In this document: positions 46,978 to 56,109 of the stretch, piece by piece | Layout of the letters: every line of letters begins with the position of its first letter | Position numbering within the stretch: the first letter of the stretch is position 1 | Assembly (NCBI GenBank): GCA_963815325.1 | Contig: CAWFGG010000002.1 | Span: forward strand, 773,472 to 837,471 | Source of the DNA: an uncultured Gemmatimonadales bacterium | GTDB lineage: Bacteria; Gemmatimonadota; Gemmatimonadetes; Gemmatimonadales; GWC2-71-9 | Reading direction: 5' to 3' | Length of the DNA: 64,000 nucleotides | Made by a program: the position numbers and the translations under genes | The notes under the pieces: model-generated | Seen by the model: the letters and a program-made list of their open reading frames with translations, nothing else | The model's database searches: none | What the model was told of the DNA's origin: nothing

Positions 46978-48180
46978 TCAGGGCTTCACTTCGTACGCCG
47001 TTGGAAACGGGCTCGCCGGATACGGACCGATCTTGTCGACGGTGTACTCGCCGGCCCACCGGTCCGGTGGGGAGTCGGATGCCTCGACTTCGTTGCTGGC
47101 CGGCCGGAGGCCGTGCTTGAGATAGGCGATGAGCGCCCACAAGTCCTCGTCCGCCATGTGGCGGACGGCGACCCATGGCATGATGGGGCCCAGGTAATCC
47201 GGCTCAGCCGGAAAGTTGTTCTGGTCTGCGGCAATCTCCATGTTTGTAGCGTCGCTCGGCCGGAGTCCGTAGCGCAGTGCGTTGAAGATCTGGCGGTCGG
47301 TGTAACGGCCCATACCCGTGGCATCGTCCGGTGTCAGATTACGCGGGCGCAGAATGAAGCAGGGTCCAGCCTCCGCCTCCCCACACGCCCCGATCGGGAA
47401 GGCATCACTCGGATCCCTAACGCCGACGAGCCAGCCGTCCGCCGCCGGGCTCGACCCCCCCCCGTGACAGCCGCCGCAGTCGTGCTGGATGGCCACTTGC
47501 CTGCCCCGGAGGACCTGCGCCCGATCAACGCCCGCCGGCGGTTCGGTCTCGTGTGCCGTCGGAAACGGGACGGCAGGCAGCGTGCCGATCTCCTCAGGCG
47601 TATACGCACCCGCCCAGAAATCGGGTGGCCCCTCGCTGTCTTCCACCTTGTGGCTGACCGGCGCCACACCGCGCTTCAGGTACGCGGCGATGGCCCACAG
47701 GTCTTGGTCGGGCATATGTCGCCAGGCCGGCCACGGCATCGGCGGCGCCAGGTACTTGGGGTTCACCGGGAAGTTCCCTTCGCCGGGAGTGGTGGAGGTG
47801 ATCTCCACGTCCGCCGTCTCGCCGGGACGCAGTCCATAGCGGAGCGAGTTGAAGATCTGGCGCTCGCTGAAGCGGCCCATGCCCGTGACGTTGTCCGGCG
47901 TCAGGTTGCGGGGCCGGGTCCGGAAGGGACCGATCAGGAACTCCTGATCCGGCCGCATCATGCCGGCCACCCAACCCTCCTGCCCGGGATCGAAGCTCCC
48001 ATGGCACAGGCTGCACGCGTGCTCCAGCACGAGCTGGCGACCGCGGAGCAGCTGCGAGGGGTCTGCCGGGCCGTCCGCCACTTCCCCTGGCCTGCCGGTA
48101 AATGCTGCGACTACCGCCACCGCCGCCACGATCGCGGGTACCGCCACCAACGGACGGATCCACCAAACGCTGCGCTTCAT
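46978..48180 (-). CDS. dihaem c-type cytochrome (internally duplicated), membrane-anchored or secreted
   Basis: Two CxxCH sites (CSLCHG, CGGCHG), each followed by RPRNLTPD..TGMGR...RQIFN(S/A)LRYGLRP...MPW...RHM.D.DLWA(I/L)(A/I)AYLK. The N-terminus is hydrophobic. Confidence 0.8.
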   Translation of the reverse strand: MKRSVWWIRPLVAVPAIVAAVAVVAAFTGRPGEVADGPADPSQLLRGRQLVLEHACSLCHGSFDPGQEGWVAGMMRPDQEFLIGPFRTRPRNLTPDNVTGMGRFSERQIFNSLRYGLRPGETADVEITSTTPGEGNFPVNPKYLAPPMPWPAWRHMPDQDLWAIAAYLKRGVAPVSHKVEDSEGPPDFWAGAYTPEEIGTLPAVPFPTAHETEPPAGVDRAQVLRGRQVAIQHDCGGCHGGGSSPAADGWLVGVRDPSDAFPIGACGEAEAGPCFILRPRNLTPDDATGMGRYTDRQIFNALRYGLRPSDATNMEIAADQNNFPAEPDYLGPIMPWVAVRHMADEDLWALIAYLKHGLRPASNEVEASDSPPDRWAGEYTVDKIGPYPASPFPTAYEVKP

Positions 48181-48193
48181 CTTCGCTTCCCCT

Positions 48194-49537
48194 TCATTTG
48201 ACTTCGAGAACTCCCATCATCCCGTTCACCTCATGATCCAGGATGTGGCAGTGGAACATCCATTTCCCGGGGTAATCATCGAACCGCACGATGATGCGCA
48301 CCGTCTCGTGCTTCGGCACGTTCACCGTGTCCTCCCAGCGCCGATACGCGACCGGCACTCCATTCACGTCAATGACCTGGAACCGATATCCGTGCAGGTG
48401 GAACGGGTGGTCCATACCAACCAGGTTCTCGATCGTCCAGATCTCGGTCGCGCCGAGGGCCGCGGTCTGGTCTACCCGGGCGAGGTCCATCGTCTTGCCA
48501 TTGATGAAGCCCTGCGTGAACGATAGCACCCGTGTGACCGTTGCCGCCGCCGTATCCAGTGGCACGACCGGCCGCATGATAGTGGGCAGCGTTGCGGGCT
48601 CGACGGGAGGATCGTCGGTATACGCGAGTGTCAGCAGGTTTCTGGTCTTGTCCCAGTCGGCCGGCCGGGTCTGGGGGATGTAGCGGTCGTACGGCAGGGC
48701 CTGCAGCAGGGCGGTGCTGCCCGGCGCGCCAGTGCCGCGCACCAACAGCTCCACCCGCTCGGAGTTGGACAGGATCACCTCAGTCGTGTCCACGGCGTGC
48801 TCGAACAAGCCGCCGTCGCTCCCGACCAGCAACAGTCGCTGGCCCGGAATCGCCAGCCGGTAGACCCGCGAGGCGGACGCGTTGACCACCCGCCAACGCT
48901 GTACCTCGCCGCTCCGGATAGCGATCGTCGGCCCGAGCTGCCCGTTCACGAACAAGAGGTCTCCCTCCCATCCGTTCTCGAAGTCCACCCGGCCTTGCGG
49001 CGAGGTAAGCGCCGGCAAATCGACGGATCCGTCCGCCAGGAACCGGGCGTCTGTGAGAATGAGCAGCTTCTCGGTAAGCGGGGGGAGCGGATCGTCCGCG
49101 GCCCGCACGATGATCGCCCCGAAGAGCCCCTTCGTTACCTGATCGCGTGTCAGATGGTGCGGATGCGGGTGATACCAGTAGGTACCCGCGGTGCCGGGCG
49201 GAATGGTGAAGTCGAAATCGGCCTGCCCGCCCGGTGGGATAGGATGGAACGGACTCCCGTCGGCGTACCACGGGATGTGGAGCCCATGCCAGTGCACGGT
49301 GGTCGGCTCAGGAAGCTCGTTCTTGAGGTGAACGATCAACCGGTCGCCCTCGCGTACCTCGAGCGTGGGCCCCGGTACCGTTCCGTTGTACGCGTAGGCG
49401 TCGGTCTCGACACCCGGCGCCAGCGAAACGCGGGTCGGGCCTGCGGTGAGCGTCACCTCGACGGTGTTGGGACCGCTGGCGCGGTCCGCCATGAGAGGCG
49501 GAGCCGTGAGGACTTGGGTGACCGGAGCGGCGGGCAC
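48194..49537 (-). CDS. multicopper oxidase
   Basis: Copper motifs HWHGLH, HPHPHH, HPFHLHGY and HCHILDHEVNGMM. The reading frame stays open upstream and encodes a signal-like IRLPLLLTALLGSVPLLAYTPLHSQEP, so the true start is probably near 49618. Confidence 0.85.
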   Translation of the reverse strand: MPAAPVTQVLTAPPLMADRASGPNTVEVTLTAGPTRVSLAPGVETDAYAYNGTVPGPTLEVREGDRLIVHLKNELPEPTTVHWHGLHIPWYADGSPFHPIPPGGQADFDFTIPPGTAGTYWYHPHPHHLTRDQVTKGLFGAIIVRAADDPLPPLTEKLLILTDARFLADGSVDLPALTSPQGRVDFENGWEGDLLFVNGQLGPTIAIRSGEVQRWRVVNASASRVYRLAIPGQRLLLVGSDGGLFEHAVDTTEVILSNSERVELLVRGTGAPGSTALLQALPYDRYIPQTRPADWDKTRNLLTLAYTDDPPVEPATLPTIMRPVVPLDTAAATVTRVLSFTQGFINGKTMDLARVDQTAALGATEIWTIENLVGMDHPFHLHGYRFQVIDVNGVPVAYRRWEDTVNVPKHETVRIIVRFDDYPGKWMFHCHILDHEVNGMMGVLEVK

Positions 49538-49892
49538 CGGTTCTTGTGAGTGGAGCGGTGTGTACGCCAGGAGCGGGACCGACCCGAGAAGGGCGGTCAG
49601 CAGCAGGGGGAGACGAATGGGGGTGCTCCTCAGTTCAGGGAAAGGTGTTCGGCCAAACCCTGTCGGGACGGAATATTCCTCTTGGCACAGGGGATCGCAA
49701 GCAAACCCAAGGCCTCGCCCACTCCAGAGGGCTCAGCGCCATGACCGACGGATTGGCGCCCTACCCTCTTGGGTTCAGCGGGAAGCAGGTCTCCTGACGT
49801 CCTTGCGCCCGGAGCCGATGGATAGTTACTTTGCAAGACAAAGTACTTGGTAAATGGTAACCCTGCAATCGAATCGTCGGGAGGCCCCGGGT

Positions 49893-50180
49893 ATGAGTCG
49901 ATCCCTGATCAAGCAGCCGAGCGCCGTGGTTCCGCTGGTCCTGTCGAGCGCGGCCCTGGCCCTGGTGCTCGGTCACGCGGCCCTGTTCGGCGTGGTCCAT
50001 GAGGCGGACGAGGGAACCGCCGCCCATATCTTCCAGCTCCTCATGGCTGCCCAGGTCCCGGTCGTGGCCTTCTTCGCCATCAGGTGGCTGCCGCGGGCTC
50101 CGCGGCAGGCATTCCAGGTGCTGGTGCTGCAGGCCGGCGCCGCGCTCGCGGCATTTGTCGCCGTCTTCTTCCTCACGTGA
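49893..50180 (+). CDS. small membrane protein (95 aa)
   Basis: GGGAGG precedes ATG 49893. Three hydrophobic segments. The stop TGA 50178-50180 is the first TGA of the GA-rich tract. Confidence 0.5.
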   Translation: MSRSLIKQPSAVVPLVLSSAALALVLGHAALFGVVHEADEGTAAHIFQLLMAAQVPVVAFFAIRWLPRAPRQAFQVLVLQAGAALAAFVAVFFLT

Positions 50181-50340
50181 GGAGTGAGGACTGAGGAGTA
50201 AGGAGCGGGGAGTAGGAGGACGAGAGAAGGAGCGGGGAGAGGAGTAGGGAGTGGGGTGTGCGGAGTGAGGAGTGGAGAGGAGACGCGCGGGAAGCAGGAC
50301 GTGGGCAGTTGTGGAGATTAGGGATGGAGGTGGGTAGGTT
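50177..50340 (+). repeat. ~160-nt purine-rich (C-poor) tract built from GTGAGGA/GAGTAAGGAG-type motifs
   Basis: GTGAGGAGTGAGGACTGAGGAGTAAGGAGCGGGGAGTAGGAGGACGAGAGAAGGAGCGGGGAGAGGAGTAGGGAGTGGGGTGTGCGGAGTGAGGAGTGGAGAGGAG... It is related to the purine part of the 43.4-kb repeat but lacks its hairpins. Confidence 0.75.
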
Positions 50341-50404
50341 AGTTGGTCGGTAACTGGTTCAACCAGACGGGATCGCACAGCATATCTCACAACGATGCTC
50401 GCAC

Positions 50405-50812
50405 ATGAACCAATCGATCATTCATGTGGCGCTGGTTGTTCGCGACTACGACGAAGCCATCGAGTTCTTCTGCCACAGACTGCATTTTACGCTGGTCGAA
50501 GACTCCTACCAGCCCGAGCAGGACAAACGCTGGGTCGTCGTCGCTCCACCCGGCTCCCGCGGCACCAACCTGCTGTTGGCTCGAGCCTCGACCCCGGAGC
50601 AGGCTGCGTTCATTGGCCGCCAGACCGGTGGCCGGGTGTTCTTGTTCCTCCAGACCGACGACTTTAGGCGTGACTACGATGCGATGCGCTCTGCCGGCAT
50701 TCGCTTCGTCAGGAAGCCGATCAAAGAACCGTACGGCACGGTGGCGGTGTTCGAGGATCTGTACGGGAATCTATGGGACCTGCTCGAGCCGACGAAGCAG
50801 GAGGCCACCTAG
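50405..50812 (+). CDS. VOC (glyoxalase/bleomycin-resistance/dioxygenase) family protein
   Basis: 135 aa. IIHVALVVRDYDEAIEFF...PYGTVAVFEDLYGNLWDLLE. Confidence 0.8.
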   Translation: MNQSIIHVALVVRDYDEAIEFFCHRLHFTLVEDSYQPEQDKRWVVVAPPGSRGTNLLLARASTPEQAAFIGRQTGGRVFLFLQTDDFRRDYDAMRSAGIRFVRKPIKEPYGTVAVFEDLYGNLWDLLEPTKQEAT

Positions 50813-50949
50813 ACGTGTTGGTGCCGCACAATTCTCTTCCGGATCGGACGCAGCCCCCCCCGTGGTGAAGCCAAACAGAGGACAATTGCGATGACAGGTG
50901 ATGCGAACTTGATAAGCGGTGCCTTCAAACGTCCTCGGAGGAAGAGATA

Positions 50950-52275
50950 ATGCGGAGAGGGCTCATTGTTCTATCGGTCATGATGCTCCCTGGGTTCCTG
51001 CTCCCTCCCCAGGCGTTTCCGGCTTCCCAATCACCAACCCAACCGCCTTCCGCGTCGGCCGCGACCCAGCTGCCACGCGCAGCAGCAGGGGACCTTTCGG
51101 CAGAGCGTCTCGCTCGGATCGACCGCGTGCTGCAGCAATACGTGGACGAGGAGCGCGTCGCCGGCGCCGTGGCCCTCGTGCTTCGAGACGGGCAACCGGT
51201 CTATGAACGAGCGTTTGGATGGAGCGACAAAGAAGCCGGGCGACGCATGGCCGCCAATACGATTTTCCGTATCGCCTCCCAGACCAAGGCGATTACCAGC
51301 GCGGCGGCCCTGTCGCTCGTGGAAGAGGGGACAATTGGCCTCAACGATTCGGTGAGCCGCTATATCCCTTCCTTCGCCACAACGACGGTGGCAGTGCGCC
51401 ACGATACCGGCGTCGCGTTCGTCGCGGCCACGCGTCCAATCACCATTCGGGACCTGCTCACGCACACGGCTGGCATCTCCTACGGAACGGAGAGTGACGT
51501 CGCCCAGTTGTACCAAGCGAAGGGGCTGGGGCCCGCAGCGGGCTTCGGGTGGTACACAGCGGACAAAGATGAACCGATCTGCGAGACCATGGAACGACTG
51601 GCGTCGCTCCCGTTCGTCGCCCAACCCGGCGAGGAGTGGGTGTACGGCTACAATACCGACGTCCTCGGTTGTGTCGTCGAACGCGCTTCTGGAGTACGGT
51701 TGGATGAGTTCGTTCGGACTCGCATCACCGAGCCGCTCGACATGAGGGATACCTATTTCTTTCTGCCGGCCGACCACAGGAATCGGCTTGCCGCAGTGTA
51801 CGCCAGCACGAGCGATGGCCGCTTCGCGCGGGCTCCTGAAGGTCCGACAGGCCAGGGCCGGTATGTTGACGGCCCGCGCCGCAGCTTTGCAGGCGGAGCC
51901 GGGCTCCTCTCGACCGCGCACGACTATGCTCGATTCCTCGAAATGATTCGCAACGCTGGAGCCCTGGACGGCGTCCGCATCCTGGCGCCACGGACCGTGA
52001 GGCTCATGACAACGAACCAAGTCGGGACCCTGTATTCTTCGACGGGCCTCGGGTTCGGACTGGGTTTCGAGACCACGGATCGGTTTGGTGCCAATGGAAT
52101 GGACTCCGAGGGCGCTTTTGGGTGGGGAGGGGCGTACGGCACGAGGTATCGAGTCGACCCCGAGGCTCGGCTCGTCATGGTCTTGATGATCCAGCTTCTG
52201 CCCAACGCGACGGACATCAGACAGAAGTTCCAGACCCTGGTGTATCAGGCGCTGGTTGAGCCACCGAACAAATGA
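50950..52275 (+). CDS. serine hydrolase, beta-lactamase/class C (PBP-like) fold, secreted
   Basis: Signal peptide, an SxxK motif (FRIASQTKAITS), a YGYNTD region, and a WGGAYGT box. Confidence 0.8.
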   Translation: MRRGLIVLSVMMLPGFLLPPQAFPASQSPTQPPSASAATQLPRAAAGDLSAERLARIDRVLQQYVDEERVAGAVALVLRDGQPVYERAFGWSDKEAGRRMAANTIFRIASQTKAITSAAALSLVEEGTIGLNDSVSRYIPSFATTTVAVRHDTGVAFVAATRPITIRDLLTHTAGISYGTESDVAQLYQAKGLGPAAGFGWYTADKDEPICETMERLASLPFVAQPGEEWVYGYNTDVLGCVVERASGVRLDEFVRTRITEPLDMRDTYFFLPADHRNRLAAVYASTSDGRFARAPEGPTGQGRYVDGPRRSFAGGAGLLSTAHDYARFLEMIRNAGALDGVRILAPRTVRLMTTNQVGTLYSSTGLGFGLGFETTDRFGANGMDSEGAFGWGGAYGTRYRVDPEARLVMVLMIQLLPNATDIRQKFQTLVYQALVEPPNK

Positions 52276-52432
52276 GGGGAGCCGACGCGCGGCCTGCCGC
52301 TGGATGCAAATGTAATGTCGAGCGCTTGTGTTCTGGAGGAAGTCGTGGAATCGTTACGGACCCAAGCGAATGAACCGCAGCCGCGCTAGGTAGCCTACAT
52401 AGATCGACGGGCATCCCGAGCGAGTTCCAATC

Positions 52433-52843
52433 ATGAAGACACTCAATCCCTACCTCATGTTCTCCGGCAATTGCCGCGAAGCCCTGACGTTCTATCAGGA
52501 ATGCCTGGGCGGCGACATCGTGTCGTTGCAGACCTATTCAGACTCGCCGCTCGGTGTGCCCGACGAACATGGCCATCGGATATTCAACGCGGTATTTCGC
52601 GCCGACGACCTGCTCCTCAGGGCGTCCGACGATATGCCGAGCCATCCGGTGACCCGAGGAAGCAACTTCGCCCTCTTCGTTGCGTTCTCGGACAAGGAAG
52701 AACAGGAACGGAGCTTTGCCGCGCTCTCGACGGGCGGGAAGATCTCCTTCCCGCTTGCAAACGGGTTCGGCATGCTCACCGACAAGTTCGGGATTCAGTG
52801 GATGTTGGCGCTGAAGGCAGCTAGCCTAGCCTTCACCCGCTAG
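52433..52843 (+). CDS. PhnB-like VOC-superfamily protein
   Basis: LNPYLMFSGNCREALTFYQECLGG...FGMLTDKFGIQWML is typical of PhnB / 3-demethylubiquinone methyltransferase-domain proteins. Confidence 0.75.
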   Translation: MKTLNPYLMFSGNCREALTFYQECLGGDIVSLQTYSDSPLGVPDEHGHRIFNAVFRADDLLLRASDDMPSHPVTRGSNFALFVAFSDKEEQERSFAALSTGGKISFPLANGFGMLTDKFGIQWMLALKAASLAFTR

Positions 52844-52871
52844 AGGTCGTGGCCAGCCTCCACGGAGATAT

Positions 52872-53081
52872 ATGGGCGAACCGGTTGTCGTTGGATTCGC
52901 GGTTCTGGCAGTCGTCGGCATCGCCCTCGTCCTGGTGGGTGCCGTTCGGCGTGCCGTCAATCTCATGGTGGTCGGGTCGGCCATCCTGCTCGCCATTGCC
53001 GGAGCCTGGATGCTGGGCCCCGTCGGCGCTTTGGTGGGACTGCTGGCCTTCGGATTCCTGAGACGCGGCCCCCGCTCGTGA
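52872..53081 (+). CDS. small two-TM membrane protein (69 aa)
   Basis: Hydrophobic ORF MGEPVVVGFAVLAVVGIALVLVGAVRR...LAIAGAWMLGPVGALVGLLAFGFL. No family recognised. Confidence 0.4.
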   Translation: MGEPVVVGFAVLAVVGIALVLVGAVRRAVNLMVVGSAILLAIAGAWMLGPVGALVGLLAFGFLRRGPRS

Positions 53082-53139
53082 GCTTCACTGCTTACTGAAG
53101 TGAGAGGGGGCCGGGCGGTCGTCTCAGGATGGTACCGCG

Positions 53140-53529
53140 CTACTGCAAGTTGGCCATCACGTGCTCCCACGCCTCGCTCAGCACCGGATACTCCGCCAGC
53201 TTCATCATCTGGGCCGCCGCTTTGCTCTGGAATTCTCGTCCGTCCGCACCGTACTTCTCGGCGATTTCCTGCATTTGCTCCCTCGTCGGCGGCGGTAGTT
53301 TCTTGACCTGCGCAACGACGTCGGCCATGCGTGTTCCCAACGCCTCGATCTCCGAGGCCGCCTTCTCGGCCGATGCCTGGTCCTTGACTCCCTCGAGAAC
53401 GTCGACCATCTCCTCCATGATTTCGGCCTGCGCCTCCATCGCGTCTTCATAGGAACTGATACCGCCGCCGCCACACGAAACAGATAACACACTTACAACC
53501 GCTGCCATCAGAATTCGCCGCATGTTCAT
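53140..53529 (-). CDS. lipoprotein, helical hypothetical
   Basis: MNMRRILMAAVVSVLSVSCGGG lipobox, with an acidic helical body. Confidence 0.6.
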   Translation of the reverse strand: MNMRRILMAAVVSVLSVSCGGGGISSYEDAMEAQAEIMEEMVDVLEGVKDQASAEKAASEIEALGTRMADVVAQVKKLPPPTREQMQEIAEKYGADGREFQSKAAAQMMKLAEYPVLSEAWEHVMANLQ

Positions 53530-54055
53530 TTCTCCTCAGAAGATACTTCGCAGTGTACTGTCGCCGACCGGTACCGGCAACACGGACCACCGGCGAGGAT
53601 TCCGACCCTGGGACGGGACCCCGATCAAGGCTTGCTCGACTGGGAGAGAGCGCGTTGATTCGAGTGGAGCGTGCCCCGAAGTGGCCACCCTAAGCCTGCG
53701 GCTCCTACCTACGACGATGATACCTCGTTTGTTGCCCGACCGCGGCATCGCGTTGGCCTGGGCGATCAACACCGGAGAAAGCCCGCGCGGTCTGGCCGAG
53801 CAGTTGATGGAGCGAACCTGGTCGGAGTTGTCCCGGGTCCTCTTAGAGCCGAGCAGGTAGCTCCGCAGAGCGGCTGGAGGCCGCGCCCCATGCACGCCAA
53901 ATGCCGACAATGATGGTCGATATTGGCACATGACTTCTGGTTGTCGCGGTTTTCAGCCTTTCTTTAAGCATGCAGTGCTATGATGAATGTGCGCCGGTGA
54001 CGCATTTGTGCGCGTCCGGTGCTGATGGCGGACATCCGCAGGGGGGAGGCCGATC

Positions 54056-54475
54056 ATGCCTGCCACGGAAGCCCGTTCGACGACGAAGACGATCCTGGTC
54101 ATCGACGACGACGACGACTTCACGACGGCCGTGCGCTCCGTGCTCGAGGGTGAGAACTACACGGTGGTCGTGGCCGATTCGGGCGCCGAGGGGCTGCAAC
54201 AGCTCCGCGCGTCCAAACCCGACCTGATCATCCTAGACATCATGATGGAAACCACGACCGAAGGGTACGGTGTCAACGAGGCGATCAAGTACTCGGACCA
54301 GTACGCCGCCTTTCAGCAGACGCCGATCATCATGGTGTCGTCGATCCAGGAGTCGCCCGACGACCTGTACCCGCGGGCTCCCGAGGTGGACATGATCCGC
54401 CCGGATCGTTACATGACGAAGCCGCTCGACGTTCCCAAGTTCCTGGAGATCGTCCGGCAGACGCTGCGTCGCTAG
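54056..54475 (+). CDS. stand-alone response-regulator receiver protein (atypical long beta4-alpha4 region)
   Basis: ILVIDDDDDF, the phospho-acceptor context LIILDIMME, and YMTKP. GGGGGGAGG precedes the ATG. Confidence 0.8.
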   Translation: MPATEARSTTKTILVIDDDDDFTTAVRSVLEGENYTVVVADSGAEGLQQLRASKPDLIILDIMMETTTEGYGVNEAIKYSDQYAAFQQTPIIMVSSIQESPDDLYPRAPEVDMIRPDRYMTKPLDVPKFLEIVRQTLRR

Positions 54476-54544
54476 CGCGCCACCCTGAGCGGGACACCCG
54501 CGCCGCCCGCCGTCGGTACGTGTGCCGCGGGGAGGGGGACGGGT

Positions 54545-55693
54545 ATGGTGGAGGTCGCGGGGGAGCTGGGGACCGTGGTCGTCATCGACGACGATTACGC
54601 GATGCGCCTGTCTTGCGAGCAGGCGCTCACCCGCGTCGGGTATAGGGTCGAGACCTTCGCGGACGGCGCCCAAGGGCTCGAGGCCGTAAGCACGTGCCAG
54701 CCCGGACTGGTGCTGGTCGACCTCAAGATGCCCGGGCTCAGCGGCCTCGACGTCATCAGTCGGCTGCATCAGATCGATCCCACCATCACCATCGTCGTCA
54801 TCACCGGCTATGCCACGATCGGCACCGCGGTGGACGCCATGCAGGCGGGCGCGTACGACTTCCTGCCCAAGCCGTTCTCCCCCGACGAGCTCAGGCTGAT
54901 CGTGCGGCGCGGCTTCGAGCGGCGGCGGCTCCAGTTGGACACGCGGGCCTGCGAGTTGGAGCGCGAACTGCAGCGTCGCAGGTTCGTGACCTTCGTGTCG
55001 CACCAGCTGAAAACACCCCTCGTAGCCGTACACCAATACCTCGATGTCCTGCGCACGATGGGCGACATGCCCGGGGACGCGGCGAAGCGCCAGGAATGGC
55101 TCGCCCGGTGTTTAGCCCGGACCGAGGAACTGCACCGGCTGATCGACGATTGGCTCACCCTTGCCCAGCTCGAGGGGGGCACCCTGGGCCGCCAGCACAC
55201 CCAAGTGGATCTCCGGCAGGTCCTGGAACAGATCACCACGACCTATGAACCACTGGCAGTCCGCCAGGACCTCGCGCTCACCTGCGAGCTGCCGGCGGAG
55301 CCGTGCGCGGTCCGCGGCGATCCGACCTGCATCGGTGTCCTGTTCGACAACCTCATAACGAATGCCCTCAAGTACAACAGGCCCGGCGGGCGGGTGTGCG
55401 TCCGGGCGGTCACGCAACCAGGCGAGATCGTGGTGGAGGTCGTGGATACGGGTATCGGCATACCCTCCTCCGCACTCCCGTTCGTGTTCGACGAGTTCTA
55501 CCGCGTCCGGCAGCCCGGCAAGCGCAAGGTCGAAGGCACCGGCCTCGGGCTCCCGATCTGCCGCCGGATCGCGGCGGAGCTCGGCGGCGTCATCGAGGTG
55601 GAAAGTACCGAGGGCAAGGGGTCGACGTTCTCCGTTCGTCTCCCGGCGTCCACCGTCGGTGACGAGGCCTCAGAAACGGAGCTGTCCGCATGA
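54545..55693 (+). CDS. hybrid receiver-histidine kinase (REC-HisKA-HATPase_c)
   Basis: VVVIDDD...LVLVDLKMPGLSG...LPKPF, then the H-box FVSHQLKTPL, the N-box ITNALKYN, and DTGIGIP, GTGLGLPI. Confidence 0.85.
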   Translation: MVEVAGELGTVVVIDDDYAMRLSCEQALTRVGYRVETFADGAQGLEAVSTCQPGLVLVDLKMPGLSGLDVISRLHQIDPTITIVVITGYATIGTAVDAMQAGAYDFLPKPFSPDELRLIVRRGFERRRLQLDTRACELERELQRRRFVTFVSHQLKTPLVAVHQYLDVLRTMGDMPGDAAKRQEWLARCLARTEELHRLIDDWLTLAQLEGGTLGRQHTQVDLRQVLEQITTTYEPLAVRQDLALTCELPAEPCAVRGDPTCIGVLFDNLITNALKYNRPGGRVCVRAVTQPGEIVVEVVDTGIGIPSSALPFVFDEFYRVRQPGKRKVEGTGLGLPICRRIAAELGGVIEVESTEGKGSTFSVRLPASTVGDEASETELSA

Positions 55694-56109
55694 CGCCCAG
55701 CGGTCGCATTCTCGTGGTGGACGACGATCGGGATTTCGTGCAGGCGCTCACCGCGCTGCTGGAGCGGCACGGCTACGAGGTCCTGTGCGCATACGACGGA
55801 CGGACGGGGGTGCTCCGGGCGCGGCGCGAGGCCCCGGACCTGATCCTGGTGGACGTGATGATGGACGAGCGGACCGAGGGCTTCTTCGTGGTCCAGGAGC
55901 TGCGCCGGGTGCCGGAGCTCGAAGGGGTGCCGATCTTCGTTGTGAGCGCGGTCTACGAGCAAGTCCCGGAATTCCAGGTGCCTCCCGACCGTGCGTGGCT
56001 GCCGTACGACGCCTTCTTCCGCAAACCCATCGACCCGGAGGCCCTGCTCGCCCAAATCCGCGAGGCATTGGCCGCGCGCAGCGCGACCCCGCCGGAGGCG
56101 CGCCCGTGA
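55690..56109 (+). CDS. stand-alone response-regulator receiver protein (paralogue of 54056..54475)
   Basis: ILVVDDDRDF, LILVDVMMDERTEG, FFRKP. ATGA overlap with the upstream stop; its own stop overlaps the next start. Confidence 0.8.
   Translation: MTPSGRILVVDDDRDFVQALTALLERHGYEVLCAYDGRTGVLRARREAPDLILVDVMMDERTEGFFVVQELRRVPELEGVPIFVVSAVYEQVPEFQVPPDRAWLPYDAFFRKPIDPEALLAQIREALAARSATPPEARP

Noticed and set aside
53716-53860. 47-codon ORF (MIPRLLPDRGIALAWAINTGESPRGLAEQLMERTWSELSRVLLEPSR) in the 525-bp divergent intergenic region.
   Set aside because: No RBS and no recognisable family. It could be a gene remnant, and the evidence is insufficient to call.
53924-53938. TGGCAC-N5-TTCT, a sigma-54-like element ~130 nt upstream of the first receiver gene of the hydrogenase operon.
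   Set aside because: The -12 element lacks the conserved GC (TTCT instead of TTGC). A single partial match is not sufficient evidence.
55362-56105. N-terminal 248 codons of ORF 55362..57140, which would extend the hydrogenase beta subunit.
   Set aside because: This region overlaps the kinase and receiver genes in another frame and is Arg/Ser/Ala-rich junk. Homology starts at GTG 56106.
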